Notes under the pieces: generated by a model
What the model was told of the DNA's origin: nothing
What the model saw: the letters and a program-made list of their open reading frames with translations, nothing else
Database searches by the model: none
In this document: positions 23,679 to 32,356 of the stretch, piece by piece
Position numbering within the stretch: the stretch's first letter is position 1
How the letters are laid out: each line of letters opens with the position of its first letter
Translations under genes and position numbers: made by a program
From: Epithemia pelagica
Taxonomy: Eukaryota; Protista; Bacillariophyta
Length of the DNA: 64,000 bases
Direction: 5' to 3'
Assembly (NCBI GenBank): GCA_946965045.2
Contig: OX337233.1
Span: 310,001-374,000, forward strand

Positions 23679-25388
23679 CGAGCTCCATCAATCGATATGG
23701 GTAACCGGTAACCGTAGTGGCCCGTGCTTCACGTTTCCGATACTCGGTTGAACTTCCGGCCCTACGAGATTCACTACACCATACATTTTCCTAAAGTAAA
23801 ATGAATTGCCCTCATGCTCTTGCACATTTTGTTGCGAGATTCTTCTCACCAACTGCACCCACACCATCACCATGGTGAGGCGGCGCTAGCACAATAATCA
23901 ACCCGCCTCCTCTACGAGTATGCATATAAACAGCTACTAGTACAGAACATCTATCTAGCTTAGTACATGCTTCTCTGTGTCGTAGGTCGTACAATAGGCA
24001 ATCGTTTCGGTGTTGAGTATGGTGCTGTTGCCGTGCCGTGGTCGCCGAATGTTTTGCCGTTTGGCCGAAACGAGCAGTTGATTGTTGAGTATGTCATTGT
24101 CGTCGGATGTCGCTGTCGTCGCTTGTCGTTGTCGCCGCTTGTCGTTGTTGCCGCTTGCTGTCTTGTCGCATGCCGTTGTCGTCGCTTGTCGTTGTCACCG
24201 CTTGCTGTTGTTGAAGGGCACAGTCTCGGGCAGAGGGTTCGGTGACAGCGAAAAGTTGATTGTTGCGTGGGGGTTGTTGTTGTTGCCGAGTGTTGTTTTT
24301 GTTGTTGTTTGTTCATTCGTTCGTTCGTTCGATCAGTGGCGGTGAGTAGTTGATTGTTGTGTTTGGATTTTTGTTGTCGCCGAGTGTTGTTGTTGTCGTT
24401 CATTCGTTCTTTCGTTCTTTCGTTCATTCGATCGATCAGCTGTGACATCGTCGCCGATTGTTTCGCCATTTGTAGTTGAGCCGCTTGTGGTTGTCGTTGT
24501 CGTCGCTTGTTACCACCAGTGGACGAGGCTTCGATTTGTTGGGTGAGGGCAACGAAAAGACGAGGAGTTGATTGTTTCGTCGCAAGGTAGAAGAAGGAGG
24601 ACGACCACACCATCTTGTCGCCGAGTCTTGCCGCCGAGTGTCGTTGTCGAGTGTTGTTGCCGAGTGTTGTTGTTGTTCGTTCGGTGGCAGCGAGGAGTGA
24701 GTAGTTGGTTGTTGTGTGTTTGGGTTTTGGGTTGTTGTTGTTGTTGCCGAGTGTTGTCGACTCGCAAGGCTCTTCGACCACCGCCCATCAGCTTCACGGC
24801 ATCCCCTCCTTCTTCCACTCAAATTGTGCTGTGGGAATCAGCCGCACCACCGGCACCACCATCGTCTGTCGCAGTAGAAGCAGTCCTTCCACCCACGGTT
24901 CACGTTTGTTTTGTCTGGACAAATCAGCTTTTGTTGCGTTTGAGCCACCAACGGTCGAGGCTTTCCAATGTTGTGCTCGGTCTATAAAGTAACGAGGAGT
25001 TGATTGCTGCATGCGGACGTATGATCGGTGACTTGCTGGATGCATTCTATCGGTTGTCGTCGTCTTCTTCTCAAGGTCACTTCCTCTGTTTCGGATGCCA
25101 AATAAGGAAGACTTCAAAACCTTGCCGTCGGTCCATAAAAAAAGCCAACTCATCCCTGCCCGCCCATTCCCTCACGGTACACTTGATTCTTAGGCATCCT
25201 TGATGGTCGCAAGAGAGCTGGCACCTTTCGTTGGAGGTGCACACCGGCTTGAGTGTGTCATGGTGGTGTTACGCAGTGCAAAATGACCGTAGTGGTGTCC
25301 CTACGAAGTTAGAATCACTGTAGAAAAAACAGTGGGGGTATGAAAAGCACGGGCCACTACGGTTACCCATATCGATTGATGGAGCTCG
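23679..25388. mobile_element. Non-autonomous DNA transposon (Tc1/mariner-like), 1710 bp
   Basis: About 44-bp terminal inverted repeats CGAGCTCCATCAATCGATATGGGTAACC(GGTAACC)GTAGTGGCCCGTGCTT at 23679-23729 and 25345-25388, flanked by TA on both sides. No transposase ORF. Confidence 0.8.
24060..24760. repeat. Low-complexity GTT/TCGT/GTC-rich array inside the TIR element
   Basis: Recurring GTTGTTGTTGCCGAGTGTTGT, GTCGTCGCTTGTCGTTGTC and (TCGT)n motifs. Confidence 0.85.
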
Positions 25389-26046
25389 TATTCCAGGCTC
25401 AGGTCAGTTTCGTCGCCATTTAATTTCGGGATGCGTCGTCCTAGTCGTAGAGTGTGTCGTGGTGAAAAACACAAGCAATATAAAGGGCCAAGGTCATTCG
25501 CTGCTGACATGGCTTGGTACGGTGCAGGCAAACGGTGAACCTCGTTCGGCGTCTTCTACGAAAAGCACCGACAAAAGTAAAGACGAACGAGCATGTCGGT
25601 AAGGACACCGGACCGATTGCTGTATAGGTACGCAATTCGTTGAAAAGCTTCCAGCCGTGGAACACACCGACAGTCGGTCCATCTCGTCCATTGTCGTCGA
25701 CCACACATACTTCGTCTGGCCGTCGAACAGTAACGATGGTTCGTCTTTCGTCTTCTCTCTATCTCCTTTTCTGTCACGTGTTGTGTCACATGTAAGGATC
25801 ACTATATGCCGATGCTGTAGATGACGACACAGAACTGACATTGTCTGTCTGAGAATCCGAACCCCCTCACAACAGGAGGTTGCGAGGAGGTTGCGACTTT
25901 TGCTGCGACCCATGAAGGATTCCTCGCGCTTCGCATACTCATCAGAATAGAGAAGATTGTACGCATTCACATGTTCCCCGCCGAGGTGCTGGAATGGCAT
26001 CACGAACACAAGATCTTTTTGGCCTCTCTGTGCATGATATAGGAAT

Positions 26047-26310
26047 TGTTGAGGATATGTGACCAGGCGACGAGTAGCAGCAAGCAGACGACGAGTAGCA
26101 GCGAGCAAGCAGCGACTCAAGAATGTGATTCGGAAGCAAAGGATCCAAACTTGAATGATGAACATGCCGAAGCGTGGACTTTAGTGCGTCGACGTGGCAA
26201 AAGCAACATTCGGCAAGATGAACAAGCAAGTGTTCATTCTAAGGAGATTACGTAGTTCGATAAGCCTATAAAGAGTTGCTTTTACGGCACGGCTTGTTTG
26301 AGTTTCAACA
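26047..26310 (+). repeat. 5' LTR of copia A
   Basis: TGTTGAGGAT...GAGTTTCAACA, identical to 32071-32334 by eye. Confidence 0.95.
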
Positions 26311-26324
26311 TAATCTCCTTAGAA
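26311..26324 (+). promoter_or_regulatory. Primer-binding-site position of copia A, complementary to its own LTR
   Basis: TAATCTCCTTAGAA is the exact reverse complement of LTR 26237-26250, TTCTAAGGAGATTA. Confidence 0.75.
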
Positions 26325-26371
26325 AGTAAAGCCTTATATCGTATCACAGACTGTGACGGGAACTACGGTAT

Positions 26372-27043
26372 ATGAGCGAGAGACGTGAAGCGCGTTGGCA
26401 AGATATATTGGCTCAATTGGCTCGGCTGACTCTCGAGGAACAAGAAGAGGTACACGCAATTGAAGAGCGCTTTCAACAAGAATACCGAAGAAGAGAAGCT
26501 CAACACCGTCAAACGGTGGCGGCACTTGAGCGTCAACGAGAAACGGATCGTGACAACGCATACGACGAGTGTGAGATTCGGAAGCAACTTGTGTTTGAAA
26601 AAGCTCAAGCAAAACGTGACAGCTTGTTGAGAGAAATCCAACACCTCGACGAGGACAAGACACCTGCCCCAGAACCCCGGTCAACTACACCGGATCCACC
26701 GGAACCATCAAGACAGGCAACGCCCGAAACAGAGGTAAAACAGACAGCTGGGCCAAGATTCCAAAACAGTACGCCTCAATCTCAAACAAGTCATCCAGTG
26801 CAAGTCGCACAGCCTCCTTCAATCGCATCGCAAAGAAACAGCCCCATCAGGTGGATCCCAATTGGAACTAGAGTGTGGGTACTCAATCCCCTCAAATTGA
26901 AGAATCAAGCCTCCACCACCCATCTTGAAGGAGTCATATCGAGACACGGTAGTTTCTACCATTTCATACGCATTTGGAATCCATCTACGGGGAAACACGA
27001 AGAACATCGTCGACACCGAGACAGCCTAGCTGTAGTCGAATAA
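26372..27043 (+). CDS. Additional ORF upstream of gag in copia A (coiled coil, Pro/Ser/Thr linker, small beta-barrel-like C-terminal domain)
   Basis: 223-aa ORF with an E/R/Q-rich helical N-terminus and C-terminal IPIGTRVWVLNP...EGVIS...FIRI...HRRHRDSLAVVE. Its stop is 1 nt before the gag ATG (TAA G ATG). Confidence 0.75.
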   Translation: MSERREARWQDILAQLARLTLEEQEEVHAIEERFQQEYRRREAQHRQTVAALERQRETDRDNAYDECEIRKQLVFEKAQAKRDSLLREIQHLDEDKTPAPEPRSTTPDPPEPSRQATPETEVKQTAGPRFQNSTPQSQTSHPVQVAQPPSIASQRNSPIRWIPIGTRVWVLNPLKLKNQASTTHLEGVISRHGSFYHFIRIWNPSTGKHEEHRRHRDSLAVVE

Positions 27044-27044
27044 G

Positions 27045-30000
27045 ATGTCGACTGGTGGGAACGGCCCTCGGCCGGATGGAGCAGAATCAAGCGGGGGACG
27101 AGGTAATCAAACGGGCGGTCGATCCAATGGAGGCAGAGGACGAGGAGGTCGTGGCAAAAACCAAGGCCAACAATCAAACACTCGCTTTCAGGGCCAAGAA
27201 CCATCGTTGAAAGATTGCGTGTTTGATTACAGTGAAGATCCCCAGTCCAAGCGGTACCTACGCAACGTTGAGTTGTTAGTGGGCTACGTGGGGACATCAT
27301 TTGACTACTACAACCTAGAGTATCAAAAGGCGCTGGAGAAATTGGAACTTAAAGATCCAGAGAAAGCAAAGGTTCCAGATGATCCCACAGACCCCATTCA
27401 GATGGAAGAATGGAAAATGGAGTACAAGGCGAGAAAGGATCAAGTGAAGGCCTATCGCAACTTTCGCGCTTCCTTGTTCAGTGTCATTCTAGGGCAATGC
27501 ACGCCCCTCATGAAGGACAAGTTGCAAGCCAAACCAGAATATGAAGCTATCAACGATGAAAGGGACGGTGTGGCTCTACTCAAGTTGATCAAACAAACAA
27601 CCTTCACGTTTGATTCCGGCCGAATCTACAAGCTGGTCGGTCGCGACAAGTTGAAAGAAGAGTTTTATGGCTTGAAACGCAGAAACAATCAAACCCTACA
27701 CAGCTATTATGAAGTGTTTAGGGCAAAAGTGAAAGTTCTCAATGAGGTCGGTGTGGTGTTGTATGATAAAGATCTCGTGGAGATGATTGCCAAGAAAAAT
27801 GGAAGGGACACTCCAGCATCTATAGATCGTGACGAAGCACAAGAGAGATGTGTGGCAATCCGATTCATTCGAACATGTGGCCATCGCGAGTACGAGGCCC
27901 ATTTGCAAAACATGTTTTTGGACGGACACAAAGATGTGTACCCTGCCACTTTGGCGGATGCAAGGGCAATTCTTGATAACCGCATGACAGGTAAACAGAA
28001 GCAACCGAATCAAAACCAACAAACTCCGACTGAGAATGCCACTGGCATGGCATACCATACACAAGAGTTGGACGACAGCAATGAAAGCCAAGCAGCGTCC
28101 ACATTGACTGGTAACAGCCACATGACAACAAACTCACGACAAACCCAGAGTCGCAATGGGAGTGGCAACAATAGCCGAGGAAGAGAACAAGCGAGTACAG
28201 GCAACGGTCAATCACGAGGTCATGAATCAAATCAAACACAAACCAACAATAATGGTGAATTGAATGAGACCAATGAATCAACCGGCCTGCAGGACACGCA
28301 TCGTGACTCACTTCAATATTCTTTTTCTGCTTCTTCTTCACAGGCTAGCATATCCCCAGAATGGCTACTCCTCGACAACCAATCGACTGTAGACATCATC
28401 CGAGACTCCACCCTCCTCAAGAATATTCACACAGCCGAGCGCCCAATCATGATCCAAAGTCACGCTGGGCGACGTCAAATTTCCAAACAAGGCCTACTCC
28501 CCGGATATGGCATCGTTTGGCATGACCCGAAAGGGCCGGCCAACATCATATCACTCAATAATGCACGCACAAGGTTCTCAATCAAGTATGACAGCGAGAA
28601 CGGGAACACATTCAATCTCTTCGACCGATCTTCAGGGCGACTCAAACACCAATTCCTGCCAAGTCAAGACGGTTTGTTCTATATGGATACGTCAAGAATG
28701 CAGAGTAGTCTCATCACTACGGTTAATGATAATGAATCTGCTTATTCTCAAGACGAAGTCTATAGAGCTAAACTGGCACGATCATTAATGGCCAAGATAG
28801 GTCGTCCATCCACACGTGATTTCGTACACATCATACGAAACAATCTGTTGCCGAACACAACGATCACTGTGGACGACGTCAAGAGGGCCGAGAAAATATA
28901 CGGGCCAGACCTTGGAAGTCTCAAGGGCAAGACGACACGTCGTAAATCGCCTGTGGTTAACTCGTCACAGACCGTACCACCACGGATCAAAGAAGAACAC
29001 AAGGATGTGACACTCACTGTTGATATTCTTCACGTCAACAACATTCCTTTCCTCGCAACGACGTCAAGGAAGTTGCATTTTGGGACTATGGAAGCAATGG
29101 CCAATACCACCGACGATGATGTCATGAACTCGTTGCGCAGAGTGGTTGCGATCTATCGCAGAGGTGGCTTGCGCCCGCGGATGTTGCTCGCGGACGGAGC
29201 TTTCTGTTCCGAAAAGATGAAGACAGAGTTGCAATTGATCGGAGTATTGTTAAACCCAACCGCAAGAGATGAACATGTGGGAGACATTGAACGGTACATA
29301 CGTACAGTAAAAGAAAGAATGAGATGTGTTTATAACACCCTACCATTCAAAGAAATCCCGAAGGTCATGATCATTGAGATGGCCAAATTCGCTACCTTCT
29401 GGCTAAATAGTTTCCCTCATCGGTTGGGGATTTCACAATCAGAAAGCCCACGACTGCTCGTGACGGGAGAACAGGTCGACTTCAACAAGCACTGTCGCTT
29501 CGAATTTGGACAGTACGTCCAATGTCATGAAGAACATGACAACTCGATGGCGCCCAGGACCATAGGTGCTCTAGCATTGAGGCCTACTGGGAATCGTCAG
29601 GGTAGTTATTATTTTTTGAGTCTTGTCAGCGGACGAGTCATAACACGGAACCACGCCACAGCCCTACCGATGCCCCAAGAAGTGATCCAACGTGTGCACC
29701 AATTGGCTAGAGCCCAAAATATGCAACCAGGGTTAGCTTTCGGTAATAGAGATAATCGGATTTTGTGGATGGATCAAGACAACGACCTTTACAACGAAGA
29801 AGACGATGAATCCTACATCAATGATGAACAGGAGGACATCGAGCTACGCTATGATGATGATATGATCGAAGATGAACTGGTGGGTGCCGACAATTCTGAA
29901 GAAGATGTCAACGGCGAACCTGCAATCAACCCGATGTTTGGTCCCGATGACCAACACATGGAAATTCAAGGAGTGGGTGACCCACTAGCCGGAGAACTTG

Positions 30001-32279
30001 ACCTGAACGGTCCGGAAATTGAAGGAGTGGAGGCAGATGGAGAACTGCCAATCCATCCTATGGCAGAAGATGATGGTAGTGCAGTCCCGGAGGAGGCAGT
30101 GATGGATGTGGAGGAGGATGTAGAGGAGAATGAGGGGGAGCTAGCCGGTGGAGAGGATATGGAAGAGGGACAAGACATACAAGACATTGACGCTAATGAA
30201 GGTACCGAAGACAACAGTGCGGCTGATCCGGTACGTCAGCATCATCAACATCAACAACAACAACAACAACAACACAGGTACAATCTACGACCAAATCGTG
30301 AAAGGAGCTACGCGCACCGATATGGGCATTCGTTTGCCTGCATCGATACTCTAAAAGGAGGGCGTTATGATGGAATCCTTCGAGATGGAGTGTTGTTTCT
30401 TGTAGCGAGTGAGGTGAATCAAGCCACACCGCAGATGCCTATGAAAAAGGGCATCAAACTGTTTGGAAACAAGGGAGTGGCCGCCGTGAAGGTGGAAATC
30501 CAACAATTGCATGATAGAGGAGTATTGAGGGCAGTACACAAAACTGACCTCAGCTGGAATGAGGTGCAACAAGCACTAGGTTACCTAATGTTTTTGAAAC
30601 GAAAACGGTGTGGCAAGATTAAAGGAAGAGGCTGTGCCGACGGACGCAAACAACGTGCGTACATAGAGAAGGAAGATTCAGCTTCTCCTACCGTGGCCAC
30701 CGATTCTGTATTCATTACTGCCGTCATTGATGCCCTAGAACGACGTGTGGTTGCTGTGGCAGACATCCCAGGTGCGTTTATGCACTCGGATATGGATCCT
30801 GGCGTCTACATGCGGCTTAATGGACTTATGGCTGAGCTACTCCTAGAAGTCGACCATGAAGCATATGCCCCATATCTAACATATGAGAAGGGCGAGCCGG
30901 TTATATACGTGGAAATGTTGAAGGCTCTCTACGGGACGTTGCGTGCAGCTCGTCTCTTCTGGGAAAAATTGACCGTGGTGCTCAAAAGTTGGGGATTTCA
31001 AATCAACCCCTATGATTCCTGCGTTGCAAACAAAACAATCAACAACAAACAATGCACGGTAACTTGGCACATTGACGATCTAAAAATATCGCATGTGGAC
31101 GGTGCCGTTGTAACCAAATTTATTGAGGACCTCAAAGCAGAGTTCGGCCAGTTGGGAGAAATCTCTGTGTCGGAAGGAACAAGGCACGACTATTTGGGCA
31201 TGTTCTTAGACTATGGAGAGGATGGGGTTGTGCAGGTGGACATGAGGTCCTACCTGGACACCATTTTGATCTCGCTACCGAAAGAATGGATCGGTAAAGC
31301 ACGGTCACCCGCTGCTAAGCATTTATATCATACGGACCCGAACTCTCGAAAACTCAATGAGGAGGAGGCGGATCGATTCCACAGTGTAACAATGCAGCTA
31401 GCGTACATGGCGCAAAGAGGACGCCCAGATATACGCACTGCTGTGGCCTTTTTGAGCACTCGTGTCATGAATCCAGACGTTGATGATCAGAGAAAACTCG
31501 GTCGGGTTCTCAAGTACCTACAATCAACCAAGGATCTGATCCTACGACTAGAGGGTGATGGATCTGGAACACTCTGTTGGTGGGTGGACGCCTCCTTCGC
31601 TACTCACCCAGACATGAAAGGACAGACCGGTGGAGTAATGACTATGGGCAAGGGTGCCGTCATGACTGCCTCATCAAAACAAAAACTTGTGGCGCGAAGT
31701 TCAACCGAATGTGAATTGATAGGCGTGCACGACGTGTTGCCGTCGATGTTATGGAGCCAGAACTTTCTGAGAGCCCAAGGACATGAAGTAAAGAACGTTG
31801 TCCTGCACCAGGACAATCAAAGCAGTATCCTACTGGAACGAAACGGTCGGTTGTCGAGCTCGAAAAGAACCAAACACATCAATCTACGATATTTCTATAT
31901 CACAGATTGCATTCGCCGAAAGGACGTGAATGTGCGTTTCTGCCCGACGGATGAGATGATCGCTGACTTCTTTACTAAACCATTGCAGGGTCAAGCTTTT
32001 TATCGCCTGCGGGATATCATCATGAATGTGGTCCCGAGTAGTAAGTATCACTCCTCGGCCCAAAGGAGTGTGTTGAGGATATGTGACCAGGCGACGAGTA
32101 GCAGCAAGCAGACGACGAGTAGCAGCGAGCAAGCAGCGACTCAAGAATGTGATTCGGAAGCAAAGGATCCAAACTTGAATGATGAACATGCCGAAGCGTG
32201 GACTTTAGTGCGTCGACGTGGCAAAAGCAACATTCGGCAAGATGAACAAGCAAGTGTTCATTCTAAGGAGATTACGTAG
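27045..32279 (+). CDS. gag-pol: Gag-Pol polyprotein of copia A, intact, 1744 aa
   Basis: PR (LLDNQST), integrase (VDILHV, HVGDIERYIRTVKER), RT (KIKGRGCADG, DIPGAF, WHIDD), RNase H (WVDASF, DNQS, RTKHI). Reads into the 3' LTR. No CCHC knuckle. Confidence 0.95.
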   Translation: MSTGGNGPRPDGAESSGGRGNQTGGRSNGGRGRGGRGKNQGQQSNTRFQGQEPSLKDCVFDYSEDPQSKRYLRNVELLVGYVGTSFDYYNLEYQKALEKLELKDPEKAKVPDDPTDPIQMEEWKMEYKARKDQVKAYRNFRASLFSVILGQCTPLMKDKLQAKPEYEAINDERDGVALLKLIKQTTFTFDSGRIYKLVGRDKLKEEFYGLKRRNNQTLHSYYEVFRAKVKVLNEVGVVLYDKDLVEMIAKKNGRDTPASIDRDEAQERCVAIRFIRTCGHREYEAHLQNMFLDGHKDVYPATLADARAILDNRMTGKQKQPNQNQQTPTENATGMAYHTQELDDSNESQAASTLTGNSHMTTNSRQTQSRNGSGNNSRGREQASTGNGQSRGHESNQTQTNNNGELNETNESTGLQDTHRDSLQYSFSASSSQASISPEWLLLDNQSTVDIIRDSTLLKNIHTAERPIMIQSHAGRRQISKQGLLPGYGIVWHDPKGPANIISLNNARTRFSIKYDSENGNTFNLFDRSSGRLKHQFLPSQDGLFYMDTSRMQSSLITTVNDNESAYSQDEVYRAKLARSLMAKIGRPSTRDFVHIIRNNLLPNTTITVDDVKRAEKIYGPDLGSLKGKTTRRKSPVVNSSQTVPPRIKEEHKDVTLTVDILHVNNIPFLATTSRKLHFGTMEAMANTTDDDVMNSLRRVVAIYRRGGLRPRMLLADGAFCSEKMKTELQLIGVLLNPTARDEHVGDIERYIRTVKERMRCVYNTLPFKEIPKVMIIEMAKFATFWLNSFPHRLGISQSESPRLLVTGEQVDFNKHCRFEFGQYVQCHEEHDNSMAPRTIGALALRPTGNRQGSYYFLSLVSGRVITRNHATALPMPQEVIQRVHQLARAQNMQPGLAFGNRDNRILWMDQDNDLYNEEDDESYINDEQEDIELRYDDDMIEDELVGADNSEEDVNGEPAINPMFGPDDQHMEIQGVGDPLAGELDLNGPEIEGVEADGELPIHPMAEDDGSAVPEEAVMDVEEDVEENEGELAGGEDMEEGQDIQDIDANEGTEDNSAADPVRQHHQHQQQQQQQHRYNLRPNRERSYAHRYGHSFACIDTLKGGRYDGILRDGVLFLVASEVNQATPQMPMKKGIKLFGNKGVAAVKVEIQQLHDRGVLRAVHKTDLSWNEVQQALGYLMFLKRKRCGKIKGRGCADGRKQRAYIEKEDSASPTVATDSVFITAVIDALERRVVAVADIPGAFMHSDMDPGVYMRLNGLMAELLLEVDHEAYAPYLTYEKGEPVIYVEMLKALYGTLRAARLFWEKLTVVLKSWGFQINPYDSCVANKTINNKQCTVTWHIDDLKISHVDGAVVTKFIEDLKAEFGQLGEISVSEGTRHDYLGMFLDYGEDGVVQVDMRSYLDTILISLPKEWIGKARSPAAKHLYHTDPNSRKLNEEEADRFHSVTMQLAYMAQRGRPDIRTAVAFLSTRVMNPDVDDQRKLGRVLKYLQSTKDLILRLEGDGSGTLCWWVDASFATHPDMKGQTGGVMTMGKGAVMTASSKQKLVARSSTECELIGVHDVLPSMLWSQNFLRAQGHEVKNVVLHQDNQSSILLERNGRLSSSKRTKHINLRYFYITDCIRRKDVNVRFCPTDEMIADFFTKPLQGQAFYRLRDIIMNVVPSSKYHSSAQRSVLRICDQATSSSKQTTSSSEQAATQECDSEAKDPNLNDEHAEAWTLVRRRGKSNIRQDEQASVHSKEIT

Positions 32280-32334
32280 TTCGATAAGCCTATAAAGAGT
32301 TGCTTTTACGGCACGGCTTGTTTGAGTTTCAACA
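32071..32334 (+). repeat. 3' LTR of copia A
   Basis: Identical to the 5' LTR; ends 22 bp upstream of the LRR-TIR ATG. Confidence 0.95.
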
Positions 32335-32356
32335 GAATCATATATCTATTAAAACG

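Larger units (their letters stand above)
26047..32334 (+). mobile_element. Ty1/copia LTR retrotransposon A (diatom CoDi-like), full length, 6288 bp
   Basis: Identical 264-bp LTRs TG...CA; PR-INT-RT-RNaseH order; PPT-like CAAAGGAGTG at 32061-32070; 4-bp flanking direct repeat GAAT. Confidence 0.95.

Noticed and set aside
23960-24987. Long ORFs (273, 139, 128 aa) in the GTT-rich region
   Set aside because: Low-complexity by-products of the repeat core of the TIR element; no domain-like sequence.
25494-26255. ORFs of 223, 95 and 69 aa overlapping the 5' LTR of copia A
   Set aside because: LTR-derived: the plus-strand one duplicates the Gag-Pol C-terminal tail and the minus-strand ones are antisense read-through.
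32300-32356. N-terminal extension of the LRR-TIR ORF from TTG at 32300
   Set aside because: Lies mostly inside the 3' LTR; paralog remnants indicate that the true start is ATG 32357.
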